DNA of 64,000 nucleotides from Leucoraja erinacea. Lineage: Eukaryota. A program made the translations under genes and the position numbers. Shown piece after piece: positions 1 through 12,991 of the stretch; position 1 is the stretch's first letter; every line of letters begins with the position of its first letter. The stretch lies in the NCBI RefSeq assembly GCF_028641065.1, contig NC_073381.1, positions 54,622,001 through 54,686,000 of the forward strand, given 5' to 3'. A model generated the notes under the pieces. It saw only the letters and a list, made by a program, of their open reading frames with translations. It ran no database searches and had not been told where the DNA came from.

Positions 1-14
1 TAGAGTCCATTATT

Positions 15-1091
15 AAGGGTGATAAAGTGCCACATGCGAGGCTGCTAAAGAAATGAGAACCCATGATATTCGAGGGAAGATACTAGCATGGATAGTATTG
101 GTTGAATGGCAGAAAACAAAGAGTGGTTATAAAGGAGGCTTTTTCTGGTTGGTTGTCAGTGACTAGTGGTGTTCTGCAGCGGTTGGTTTTGGGTCTTCTA
201 CTTGTCACATTGTATATTGGTTTGGACGATGGAATTGATGGCTTTGTGTCCAAGTTGTTGAAATAGGGACTTGACAGAGGACTTGGACAGGTTGGGAGAG
301 TGGCTTAAGAAGTGGCTGATGGAATGTAGTGTAGCAAAGTGTGCAGTTATGCACTTTGGTAGGAGGAACAAAGACATAAACTATTTTCTAAATGGTATTC
401 AATATTCAGAAATCAGAGGTGCGCATGGACTGGTGCAGGATTCTCAAAAGGTTAGTTTGCAAGTTGAATCGGTATTAAGAAATGTTAGTATTCATCTTGA
501 GAAAAAGCAGGGATGTAATACTGAGACTTTATGAGGCATTTGGAGTATTGTGAGCAGTTTTAGGTCCCATATCTGAGGAGGGATGTGTTGTGTGGAAGAG
601 GGTCCAGAGGAGGTTTACGAGAACGATCTGGGGGATGATTGGGTTAATACATGATAGGGTTTGATGGCTTTGGGCCCGTACTCGCTGGTATTTAGAAGGT
701 TGAGGGAGAACCTCATTGAAACTTACCAAATAATAAAAGGCCTGGATAGAGTGGATGTGGAGAGGATATTTCCACTGGTGGGATGTGTCCAGGACCAGAA
801 GGCACAGCCTCAGAATAAAAGGAAGCACTTTTAGAAAGAACATGAGGAATTTATTTCGCCAGAGGGTGGCGAATCTGTGGAATTCTTTGCTGCAAATGGC
901 TGTGGAGGCCAGGTTTTGGGGTATTTTTAAAGTAGAGATTGATAGGTTCTTGATGAGTAATGGTGCCAAATGGTATGGGGAGAAGGGAGGCGAATGGGGT
1001 TGAGAGGGCAAGATAGAAATACCATGATTGAATAGTGGGTAGGCTCGATTTGTCAAATGACCCAAATCTGCTCCTATGGCATATGAACTTA
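15..1091 (+). mobile_element. CR1-type LINE, degraded 3' portion (RT to 3' end)
   Basis: Broken frames give [35 protein letters not shown], typical of the CR1 ORF2 C-terminus. The 3' UTR resembles other CR1 copies in the window. Confidence 0.85.
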
Positions 1092-1094
1092 CAA

Positions 1095-1500
1095 GAGGTA
1101 GTGCAAAGATAAAAGTACCAGAATTCTGAATATAGTGTTACAGCATTACAGTTATATAGAAAAAAAATCTAAGGTCCACAGTGAGGTAGGTTGGAAGATC
1201 AGTACTACACGCAAGCTTATGGGAGGACCAGGCAGTTGTCTCATAACATCGGGCAAATTGTTCATGAATGTGGTCTACATGCTTTTATATCTCCTGCCTG
1301 ATGGAAAAAAGGAGATGAGAGAAATTACCAGAGTGAAAAACGCCTTGATTATGCTGGCTGCATTTCGAAACAGCATAAAGATTAGATGGAGTTGTTGGTG
1401 GTGAGGCCAGACTGTGTGTTGGATTACGCTTGATCCACAACTCTGCATTTATTTTGTACAGAGCTGTTGCCAAATCAACTTCTGGTGCATCTCAATAGAA
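1095..1500 (-). mobile_element. Degraded Rex1/Babar-like LINE 3' fragment
   Basis: Resembles the reverse complement of the LPSGRRY..RNSF region of the better-preserved copies at 38235 and 43280. Confidence 0.45.
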
Positions 1501-1519
1501 TGCTTGTAAGGTAGTGCCA

Positions 1520-1612
1520 GTGCATGGGGTGATCGCTGGTCGACGTAGACTTGGTGGGCCGACGGGCCTGTTTCTATGCTGTATCTCTAAAGTCTAAAGT
1601 AAAGTCTAAAGA
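1520..1612 (+). mobile_element. V-SINE/CR1-shared 3' tail fragment
   Basis: GGTGGGCCGACGGGCCTGTTTCTATGCTGTATCTCTAAA plus a short tandem tail, matching the SINE ends at ~6230-6284 and ~40830-40875. Confidence 0.6.
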
Positions 1613-2331
1613 CTAGATGAGGATATACATCCATTGGCTTCCCCTCTATCCACTAAGACTACAGATGGCTGTATATTTCTCACAATGTTATCACCTCACA
1701 CTTTCAACAACTTGCCAGGCACAAAACGGAAAGAATGGAAAAGGACAAAATTGGCAAAATGGAAGGGAAAGGCTGACAAATGGCAAATTCCACTGAAAGT
1801 GGTCCAGTGGCAAGTTATGGCTCATTAAATTTGAATGATGTTTTTTCTGAGAGGGCTCAGTTTTATCTTTCCACGTTCTATCTGCTGATTAAATTCACAT
1901 TTTAAGATCAGCTGCTGCTGGTTCAATTAGAAGATTAATAGAACATAAGATAATAACTAGTTCAAGAAGGCAACCCTCGCATAATATATGACAGTATAAA
2001 CTAATTTCAGTTACAAGATGTCGCTCTGACTTAACCTGTGACTATCTAGAGTACTTTCAAATTGTAGGATAAATAATCGTTATCAATTTCCACCTGCTCC
2101 ACGTATGTGATTTTTGTCTGTCAAACTAATATTTTGTGTATATAGGCTGATTTTTCTATTGAGTCCTGTCATTCAAAGCTAGACTTATTTTGAATAAGGA
2201 ATAGGATTCTGCAGTGCTTCATTTGCTAAATTCTCTGCCAGGGTTTGCACTTCCTTTGTGAAGATCATTCCTTCCTTTCATTCTTTCATCAAATGGGACT
2301 GGAAGTGTCAGAGAGATTAAATGACCTAGAC

Positions 2332-3080
2332 CAGGGGTGGGGAACCTTTTCATGTTGGAATGCCGCATTAAGTTGGCTGTAATCTAATAAGGCCCCATCC
2401 AAGATACTTCAATTAGATATACTTCAAAATGTACATTACTTTGTAAAAATCTAACTGCTATGTGCTAACGCAAGAAAATCAGATTTTTTTGTTAATTCTA
2501 AAATTCTATTAATGACTTTATTGTGACTGCTTTTCGTGGGAAAGCTTTTGAATATTTGGATACAACATAGAGGCAGCAGTTTCAGCTGATCTTCTAGATG
2601 GGTGACCTTAAGGGCATCTAGATTTGGGTTAGGTAGGAGAATGTAGATTCGCAGCAATAAGTGGTTGAAAAGCAAGAAAGCATTTTTCATGCATGTTGCC
2701 GAAGACGTGGGTATTCTATTGCATGTTTCCATATTTCAATCGGATCTTTCTTAGCGTCAAATAAGGCCTTTAAAATGTAATCTGAGAGCTCAATCAATTC
2801 CATCTGTAGTTTTTTAGGAGCCTTGGAGACATCAACTAGGTGATGTTGAAATGCTAATTTGAGTTTGATTATTTAGTTGAATCTTCTTTTACTCTTTGGT
2901 ATTTTAAATACGTTCATTTTTAGATTAAAATAAAAAAAATAATAATAATAGAAGACGAACAAAAACATATCAATAAAAATAAAAGGATTTGTTCTACAAA
3001 ATTTGGATTTATTCAAAAGGCCGCACTTAATGGCTTAGAAGGCCGCATGAAGCCTTAAGGCTGCAGGTTCCCTACCCCTG
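2332..3080 (-). mobile_element. Non-autonomous hAT (Charlie-like) DNA transposon
   Basis: 16-bp TIRs CAGGGGTGGGGAACCT (2332-2347) and AGGTTCCCTACCCCTG (3065-3080), 15/16 match. 8-bp TSD ACCTAGAC/ACCAAGAC. Minus-strand remnant IEIWKHAIEYPRLRQHA*KMLSCFSTTYCCESTFSYL resembles the hAT C-terminal dimerisation domain. Confidence 0.9.
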
Positions 3081-3948
3081 ACCAAGACTCTTTATTAAAA
3101 AAAAAGAGTTCTGTTGTTGATATATGAATCAAGTTTATTCCAGAAACACTACATTCATTGAGGGAAATATTTTTTGTCCTCAATGGACAATAAGAAATAA
3201 TACGGCTTTTGAATTATTATCCGAAGTTTAAAGATATTTAATTCAGCAATTACATATATGTATCTTTGGCAAGATATTGGTACACTTTATACATATCCGT
3301 GCATGCACATCAATTCCATGAAGATATGATTGATGGTTTTAATAGTATTTCACAGTCATCATCAGAGTTATTTTGTACCAAATGGTTGCATTATTATTTA
3401 GCTTCAGTAGAATTATTGTCAACAGGCAGAGCATTTTACTGCTCCCTGCTGTATTGTGCAGCAAGATTTCTCCCTTTCCAGCTCTCCCTGCTGTATTGAA
3501 TATTTGCTAAGCGGGCATTGAGATGAAGCCGCATGAGCTGCTGTTCTCTGAAATGCTTCAGTTTTATGCACAGAATTTGTGAATATTATTTATGAGGGAA
3601 CAATACTTGCAAATGATGAATGTGAAGTTCTGTTCTCTTCAGGGCACAATGCAGGTAGCGAGTTAATGTTGCAGATCAGTCACTTTTCATTCGAACTTAA
3701 CATTTACGTCACTTTCTCCAGCCACATGAATGGAAGATCACAGAATGAGGAAAAGATGGAAATGTTTTATTTAAAAAATTCCTTTGCCAGGATGCCATAA
3801 TCTTCCAACTGTCTGCATGTGGGCTGTGCATAGGTATTTTCAGAGACAGTTTTGTGAATTACGATTCATTTTGTCCTACTATGTGATATATAGATGGTGT
3901 GACACTGGCGTCTGCAATGAAAAAGACTGACTGGAGGAACTAGTCTTA

Positions 3949-5414
3949 AGCCCCTGTCCCACTTTCACAACCTAATTGGCGACCTCTGCCGAGTTTGCCC
4001 TTGACATACTCGCAGCATGGTCGCCACAAGGTCGTAGGAGGTCTTCGTAACTCTTCCTCATGCTTGTGAGTGGTCTCCGCATATACGTGGCCTCAAGTAG
4101 GTCGCGGCGTTTTTTCCAGCCTGATAAAAAATGTCCACGAGTAAAAAGAAAGTCACCATGGAAAAAAAAAAATACTTTTTACTCATTGGTAGGCCATAGA
4201 TAAGTCGTAGTAGGTCGTGATGCTAGTCATAGGTAGTCGTAGATGGTCGAAGGTAGTCGAAGGTAATAGATCTGGGGTGAAAAAAAGTTCTGTAGGAAAA
4301 AAAAAGGTAATTTAAACAGCAGAACGTCACCTCTGTCACTCCAAGGCATGTTCATTCATAGCTGGAGAGTTTTTTTGGAGAAGAGACCTGTGTTTTAGAG
4401 ATGGCACCAAAAAGGCACCAGCGCAGGGGGAGGTCACAAGCCTCAAAAGAACCTGCCCTGCAGGTGTTGCCCACCCAGGAGGAGGAGTGGCAGGAGGTGA
4501 TGCCACAGGAGGTGATAGTGCAGGAGGAGGTAGCCCTGCATGAGAGACCCCTGGAGGAGGAGACCAGGGTGCCAGTATATGTCCCCACCACCACCCCATC
4601 CTTCACTGCCTCATTTAAAGGCAGCAAAGCAGCCCTTTCTCCTGTGTCTGACACAGCATCAGAGGCAGATGCCCCATTGGTGGTGAGGGGGGGCTGGAGG
4701 GAGGTTAACGCCCTACACCTTCACCAGGCAGCAGGGGGGGGACCTCGAGGAATGGTTCCAGCAGAATGCCATTCTGTACAAAAAGGAAAATGAGGGGTAC
4801 AGGGACAGAGACAAGAGTGGCATGCTTGCCATCCACTGGCCCACATGTGTGCTTAAAGCTCCATCTTTTGTCAAAGCCCAGTGCCACTCTCTTCCAGTCA
4901 TCTGGTGCACTGGGACAATCCATCACATCATCTCCATTCACCCATTGAGATCTCTTCTTGTGTTTCCTCGTCACCTTTGCTCTTCCCCTTCTGCCTTTCT
5001 TAAAAGGCTGCTGAAGCAAAAGGGCTCCAGTAGTTATATTTTTACTACCATCCTCCAAACTAGTTCCTTCCTTGCTTGCATGGTTCAAAATGATTTAAAA
5101 AAAAACCTGGGAGGCATTTTATTGTGAGAAAAAAATGCAGACATGACATCATTTTATCAGGTGATCATTCGAGCTGTAGACACTCGTCACTGGTCACAAT
5201 GATTTTCCAGAGACCAACGTACATGGTCGAAGCCAGTCTTCAACATTGTCGAAGGAGGTCGTCTTCATATTCGAGGGAGGTCTTCTTCAAAGTCGTAGGA
5301 GGTCTTCAACATTGTCTTGGGAGGTCGTAGGAGGTCGTAGGTCACCGCAACCTTGAAAAGTCGCTTAAGGTCGCCAGAGGTCGTGGTGGATGTCTTCTAA
5401 GTGGGACAGGCCCT
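3949..5414. mobile_element. Internally deleted PIF/Harbinger DNA transposon
   Basis: TIRs AGCCCCTGTCCCACTT / AAGTGGGACAGGCCCT and TTA TSD (3946-3948, 5415-5417). Minus-strand ORF 4705-5088 contains PSAPDDWKRVALGFDKRWSFKHTCGPVDGKH (first catalytic Asp motif of Harbinger/HARBI1 DDE transposases). Convergent + ORF at 4401-4793. Confidence 0.85.
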
Positions 5415-5553
5415 TTACTCTGTGTCCTATTATGTGTTTGAGGAACGCTTCAAATAACTGAACACTGAGTACAGCAATTGAAAGAGAGCAGCAATAGAAG
5501 CCAATTTACAGGTCCTCCCAAGTTGATTTCCCAAAAACTGTTTGCAACCCAAA

Positions 5554-6284
5554 GTGGCATAGTGGGGCAGCGGTAAAGTTTCTGCCTTACACAAGATTGT
5601 AAGGTCATAAATTATATGAGCAGAATTAGGCCATTCAGCCCATCATGTCTACTTCGCCGTTCAATCATGGCTGATCTATCTCTCCCGCCTAACCCCATTC
5701 TCCTGCCTTCTCGCCATAACCCCTGACCCCTGTACTAATCAATTTCATAATTATGGTACCAGAGACCCGAATTCAACAACAACAATCAATTTTATTTGTC
5801 ACATTGCACATAAAGTGCAAGTGAAATGAATTTGCCAGCAGCGGTACAATGAAAAAGAACACACAAAAACACATTAAAAATTTAACACAAACATCCACCA
5901 CAGCATTCATCACTGTGGTGGAAGGCACAAAAATGTGGCCAGTCCAACCTGACTACGGGTGTTGTCTGTATGAAATTTTTACATTCTCCCTGAATAGGAT
6001 ACTGTTGGATGATCAGCCATGATCATATTGAATGGCGGTGCAGGCTCGAAGGGACGAATGGCCTACTCCTGCACTTATTTTCTATGTTTTTAAACCCCAT
6101 GGGTTTTCACCGGGAGATCCTATTTCCATCAAAACTCCAAAGATGTGCAGGAGTTGTGGCTTCTGTAAATTGTCGCTAGGGTGTAGGATAGAAATAGTGT
6201 ATGGGTGATTGTTAGTCAACGTGGACTCTGTAGGCTGAAGGCTTTGTTTCCATGCTGCATCTCTAAGCTAAACTAAACTTAACT
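5554..6284 (+). mobile_element. V-SINE (HE1-like tRNA-derived SINE) interrupted by three insertions
   Basis: Head GTGGCATAGTGG..CAGCGG, CCAGAGACCCG at ~5759, V-domain TGTCTGTATG..TTCTCCC / GGGTTTTCACCGGG..TCCAAAGATGTGCAGG and (AAACT)n tail, collinear with the uninterrupted copy at 40594-40875. Confidence 0.7.
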
Positions 6285-6989
6285 GGCAAATCCATTCTGC
6301 TGATCTCGTGAACACGTTTTTGTATATATGGGCTGTACATACATCAAGCATTTATTAGCTGGTAAGGACCATACTGAATTAAGTTACGTTCATTTATTGT
6401 TCCATAATATCAGTATGGCTCTGGAATTTTGTATTAATTTTCATAAAAGTACTGTAATTCAAAATGGTTCTACATTTGTTTTGATGCTCCATTGGGTATT
6501 TAGAATTCCTCACATCTTGATATTGCAACAACCTCCTGGCCTGTCACTATCTGTATGTATTCTGCAGGTGATGAGATACTGACTACATGTTACAGAAGTA
6601 AGCTAAAGATTCCTCTTTCCCACCCAGGTCAACCGTATACATGGAAACTTGACTTCATGACATTCACAAAAGTTGGCTGTTGAGACTGTCTCAATGGATA
6701 TGGATTGTTTTATTTTCTCAACTTGATAGAATAACAGTCTTCCTGTGGCGGCTCCCAAGGGTCATGCTATCATACTGTCGAACCCCTCGGCATGGGAGTG
6801 GTTCAGTCCGGAGGCGGCCCTTATCCAGAGGGTTTAAAGGCAGGGGTTTGGGTGCCATCTTTCTCTTGTTTGGTCTTCCCTACAACCAGGAGGAACATAA
6901 TTGAAGGTGCCTCTCAAAACACTGGACTTTGTGCTTCCTTTTGAGATCCACGCGCCACATTCCTATCTTTTACCAGATCTTGATTTTCA

Positions 6990-8850
6990 CATGGAGGTGG
7001 ACAACATTCTGGCAGGCAGGTTTGCTAGTGCTACACGGGTGGGTTTAAATTAAATAGCGGGGGAGAGGGATTGACAAATTGGGAGTATAAGGATGGAGTT
7101 AAAGGGGAAGACAGTACAGGAAAAGTTGCAAAAGACACCCAAATTAATGGGACGCATAGTTCAAGAAGGGATAAGAGAGTAAGGTCAGGTGAAATAGGAA
7201 CCAGTGTGACAGGGGAGATAAATACCGAATTAAAAGTGTTATATATGAATGCGCGAAGTACAAGAAATAAAGTGGATGAGCTTGAGGCTGTTAGAAATTT
7301 GTAAGTATGATAGAAAAAATTGGTAGGTATGATGTGGGAATTACAGAAACATGGCTATAAGAGGAACGTAGCTGGGAACTGAATATTCAGGGGTGTACGT
7401 TCTATCGAAAAGACAAACAGGTGGGCAGAGGGGATGAGGTGGCTATGTTGGTAAGGAATGAAATTCAGTCCCTTGCAAGGGGTGACATAGAATCAGATGT
7501 AGAGTCATTGTGGGTAGAACTGAGAAATTGTAAGGCTAAAAAGACCCTAATGGAAGTTATCTACAGGCCCCCAAGCAGTAGCCTGGAGATAGGGTGCAAG
7601 TTGCATCAGGAGTAAAAATTAGCATGTAACAAAGGTAATGCTATGGTAGTTATGGGAGATTACAACATGGAGGTAGACTGGGAAAATCAGGTTGGTACTG
7701 GACCCCAAGAAAGGGAGTTTGTAGAGTGCCTCCGAGATGGATTCTTAGAGCAGCTTGTACTGGAGCCTACCAGGGAGAAGGCAATTCTGGATTTAGTGTT
7801 GAGTGGAGGATGTAACAAGTCAAATGGACAAGGGAGAGCCAGTGGATGTAGTGTGCCTGGACTTTCAGAAAGCCTTTGATAAGGTCCCACACAGGACATT
7901 AGTGGGCAAAATTAGAGCACATGGTATTGGGGGTAGGGTATTGACATGGATAGACAATTGGTTGGCAGACAGGAAACAAAGTGTAGGGATTAACGGGTCC
8001 CATTCAGAATGACAGGCAGTGACCAGTGGGGTGCCGCAAGGCTCGGTGCTGGGACTGCAGCAATTTACACTATATACATTAATGATTTAAATGGAGGTAT
8101 TCAAAATAACATTAGCAAATTTGCAGATGACACAAAGATGGGTGGCAGTGTGAACTGTGCAGAGGATGCTATGAGGATGCAGGGTGACTTGGACAGGTTG
8201 GGTGAGTGGGCGGATGCATGGCAGATGCAGTATAATGTGGATAAATGTGAGGTTATCTACTTTGGTGACAAGAATGGAAAGGCAGATTATTATCTGAATG
8301 GTGTCAGGTTAGGAAAAGGGGAAGTATAACGAGACCTGGGTGTCCTTGTACTTCAGTCACTGAAAGTAAGCATTCAGGTACAGCAGGCAGTGAAGAAAGC
8401 TAATGGCATGTTGGCCTTCATAAAGAGCGGTTGTCTATAGGAGCAAAGTGGTCCTTCTGCAGTTGTCAGGGCCCTGGTGAGACCACACCTGGAGTATTGT
8501 GTGCAGTTTTGGTCTCCTGATTTGAGGAAGGACATTCTTGCTATTGAGGGAGTGCAGTGTAGGTTCACGAGGCTAATTCCCAGGATGGCGGGACTGTCAT
8601 ATGCTGAAATAATTGAGCGACTGGGTTTGTATTTACTGGAATTTAGAAGGATGAGAGAGAATCTTATAGAAGCATATAAAATTATTAAGGGATTGGCCAC
8701 GCTAGATGCAGGAAACATGTTCCCGATGGGGAGAAGGCAGGAACGAAGTACTGATTGTGGATGATCATCCATGATCACATTGAATGGCGGTGCTGGCTCA
8801 AAGAGATGAATGGACTACTCCTATACCTATTCTCTATGTATCTATGTATA
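6990..8850 (+). mobile_element. CR1 LINE with internal deletions (ORF1 end, APE endonuclease, RT, 3' end)
   Basis: LYMNARS, VIYRPP, VVMGDYN, then a jump at ~7803 to [30 protein letters not shown]. (CTATGTAT)n tail. Confidence 0.9.
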
Positions 8851-10319
8851 TGTTCTGGTCTTCTGTCGAACCTTGCTACCATCAAAGTCTTTCTTAAATG
8901 GATATCAATGCTGCTCCTTGTGTTTGTAGGATCTCTAGAGCCTGCGCTACTATGGTGGATGGCATGGAATCGTGTGGCTATAGAAGTGTTTGCTTTCTTT
9001 TAATATCTGGAAGGATAAACTAAACAGCATATTCTGGGAGCACACATGTGTGGATAGTGACACAGATTTAACATTTCAAGTCAGTAGGCCTTAACTTGAG
9101 CAAGAAAAACTTGGGGATATTTATTTTAAAGCAAACGTAAGTGATTTGAGAGAGCTTTTGTGATGACAGTGGTGTAAGGACAGGTCCCTGAATTAAAGTA
9201 ATATTGCTCATTATATGAAAAATCAGTAATAGTGAGTTACATTAAATAATTTCTGCTCAATATATTAGGATGAAAAATCAGTAATAATGGGTTACATGAA
9301 GCTTATAACATCTGATTTTTATTAATATTAATATTTGGCATTGGCTCTAATGGTTCCTAAAATAGCTTAAATTTACTTGATACAGGAGGTGGATGTTGCT
9401 GGCATGGCTAGCGTTTTTGACCAAATGCAAATCACAGTTACGAAAGTAGCGAGTCGTTCTTTTCTGTGAATTCCTTCTCGTTGAGAAACCTCTTGGGTAT
9501 TTTCTATCTACATTTTTGCCCTCAGCCAGCTGTTATGATACTATAGTTTAAATAATTCAATAAAGTGGTGAAAATTTTAATTTCTGGATGATTTTAAACA
9601 CACTCCATTATTTAGATGAAAAAAAATCACTAATCAAGAGCTGTCGGTACATTTCATCATTTCACTGGGACCAGAAATTACCTGGAAATGTCAGCTGTTC
9701 ACTTTTCTTTAAGCATTAACATCCTCAGGCAGATTGTCACCAAATTGTACCATCTGTTGCAGGATGATCTGCACATAACATCTGGAAAAGTAGCATAAAA
9801 GTGATTGATACCCCTGCACATATCCTTTCAAAGCCATCACAGGAAATATTTTCCTCAATCAGACAGTCTGTATTACCAGAGCACAAATTGAGAAAGAACA
9901 TTTAAATTGGTATGCATTTGGAATTATCACTTGTTTTGGTCCCTTTGAAATCCTTGTATTGCAGCTGGTACTCATAGGTATCAGTGGTTTTCTTGTCATT
10001 CCAAATGATGTGAATGGACAGGGAGTATTTGCATTTGTTAAAGATTAAATTATATCTGACTATGGTATTGTCATTGTGCATATTGAAGACTACCATCCAA
10101 AAACAACCCAATTATGTTCTGTTTCTGTGACAGTTCATGTTATGTGAGGATCCATTGGGCCAAAGGAGGTCATCATCTGTTTTTACAACACACTCAGCAT
10201 TAATTAAGCTTTCTATTATTGATGTTGTCTCAAGAAATGAATTCTGGCTTGCAAATTTAACTGGTTAAACGTATATACCTGTTGAGCAGTGACTAGCAGA
10301 GAAAGGACAAGCAGACAAT

Positions 10320-10948
10320 ACCAGCATTTATTTCAAGAGGGCTTGTATACAAATACAGGGATGTAATGTGAAGGATCTACAAGGTGCTGGTAAGGCTGCA
10401 TTTGGAATATTGTGAGCAATTTTAGGCATCATAGCTGAGGAAGGATGTGCTGGCTCTGGAGAGGGTCCAGAGGAAGTTTACAAGAATGATCCCAGGAAGG
10501 AGTAGGTTAACCTATGATGAACATTTGTTAGCACTGGGGCTGCATTCGCTGGATTTTAGAAGAATGAGGGAACACCTCGTTGAAACACATAGGATAGTGA
10601 AAGAGTTGGATAGAGGAGGTATGGGGAGAATATTTCAACTAGTGGAAGAGTCTAGGACTAGAGGCCATAGCCTCAGAATTAAAGGATGTTCTTTTAGGAA
10701 GGAGATGAGGAGAAATGTATTTACTCAGAGGGTGGTGAATCTGTGGAATTATTTGCCACAGAATGCTGTGGGGGGCAACTCAGTGGATATTTTTTAAGGC
10801 AGAAATAGATTCTTGATTAGTACTGGTGTCAGAGGTTATGGGGAGATGGCAGGAGCATGGGGTTAAGAGGGAGAGATAGATCAGCCATGAATGGCAGAGT
10901 ATTGATGGGCCGATTGGCCTAATTCTACCCCTATTCCTTATGACCTGA
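10320..10948 (+). mobile_element. CR1 LINE 3' fragment
   Basis: ORF 10447-10797 LERVQRKFTRMIPG...RTRGHSLRIKG...QRVVNLWN, followed by a CR1 3' UTR. Confidence 0.9.
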
Positions 10949-12991
10949 ATTTACATCTTGGCTGCATGTGAATCATTGTATGGCCACCCACCCAAAACAG
11001 AACCAATTTCCTTTCACATATCTCTGGTTGCAACATGTTCTGTATCAGAGAACAACGGTGGCCGCATTCCTATGCTGCATCAGAATAAACCAGAGCCTAC
11101 CTTTTAGCTACCAAGCTTGTATACTTTTCAATGGCATGCTGCTGCATTTTACACATCTATAATGTGTGCCTCATGCCTTCTTTTTAAATTAAAAACATGC
11201 TAATTCAATTAGGGGGTATAGAGTTGATTCCAAATTAAGTATTCCTGTAAATAAGGATGCGAATTGGTGAATTTCGCTTGATGTTTGTCATTCTTAAAAT
11301 TTTCGAGTAAGAGATTATGAATGGGGAGAATATGCTCTTTTATGAGATAATATTGAGTTCTTCCTCTTAGTAATTTTATCTCCGCATATTTTTCACATAT
11401 CTTTTTCTGTGCCATCAAAGATTTTGTTAACTTTGTCATCTTTATAAATACTGCGCAAGCAAAGTACAGCAAAAAAAGAAATCAACACAAGTTATAATTC
11501 CAATATGTTCATATCACACACCATCATTAAAATGCAACAGTTGTTGTTGTTATTTTGGCAATGGGAAATGGCTGTCTAGTGTGAATGATACACAGTTCCA
11601 ATAAGTAGCATTTCCATTGGTAAAAACAAATAGCGAACAAATAGTTGCAACTGCAGAACTTATTAGTTGCTTTGTTCTTTAGTGCAAGAATCAGTTTGGA
11701 ATGTCCTTGAAAGATTGTTGCTATTTAATCAGAAAAATAGTAATTTATTAATTCTCTGAAGAGGTGCTTGGATTGTAATTAATTTGCAACTGAGATCCAA
11801 ATTATCTGAATAGCATGTGACCTGGTGACCAGATTTTAGAACAGATCTTGATAAATGCCGGAAGTTATATTGCAGGTGAATATCAAAGTTAAAACATAAC
11901 CCTAAATATTCAGTATTTATAGATCTTGATCATTTAACATGTAAGCAATTAACTTTGTTTATAGCTATAATTGGATAGCCATGCATAGTGAGCTTTCTTA
12001 TTATGTTGTTTAATAGGTTATTAATATAATTCCCATGATAGAAGCAATTAATTTTCTTATTGTCCATTGAGGATAAAATGTTACTTTGTTCGTGAACTTT
12101 GTTGCATGATACAATTTTGAAATTAATGGGTTTTTTGTACTCGGTGCACTGAAATTGTCTTTTTACTGTTACTTTGCAGTCAGGCTGCAAGATTGACTCC
12201 AGGGTTCTTTTCATCCTGTAGCACATAAGGGTAATTTCTGTTCCTTTTTTGTGGTGCATAAATCATCGATGCAAGTTGGATTTTAAATATAGTGACTGGC
12301 TATAACAGCATTGCGATAAGCCCTGAATTAAAATGAGTGATAAAGTTCATCCCTGTCTCGTATTGTAATGCAAATCACTGTTTTATGTTAATCCAGTTGA
12401 CTTGCTCTGTGAATTGTTGGTAACAGAACGGCAAGTTTTTTGCTGTTATCTTACGAGCAAATAAGAATCCATATATGCGAATCATTCTGCTTTATTTAAC
12501 CTGAGAAGTTGATTGATGGTTTTACTGTGAGTTGTGTTGTTCAGAAGCAATAGCAAAACCTGATTTAAGTGCTCAGGGGTCATTTTCTTGCATACCTTTC
12601 ATATCAGTGCCTATTGACAGAGGAAGAATTGCAGAATTAAGAAAGAAATTCAGTTGGATTATATCAATAGCATTTTATATTTAACCAACTAAGTAATGCA
12701 TCTCATTTCATGGAGTGAAGGGAAATTTTAAGTTTGACTGGATGGAGAACGCAGATTTTTCAGCTGAATGCTATGTGCTTCTCTGGTTTTCAAATGGAGA
12801 GAAAATTGTTTGTGAAAACATTTTATTAGACAATCCATTTTCTTTCATGGCACATAATAATCTGGTCTTGTTAATTGAGAAACTTTGAGGAGAATCCAGT
12901 TGTGAAGTAATAAACATCTTTTTAATCAAGGTTCTTTGATATTCAAGATGATATGTGACCCAAGTATGATAAATATTCTGTTATCTTTGAT

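Noticed and set aside
6740-6900. GC-rich patch, possibly an LTR or ribozyme remnant
   Set aside because: I could not assign termini, a TSD or an HDV/hammerhead fold.
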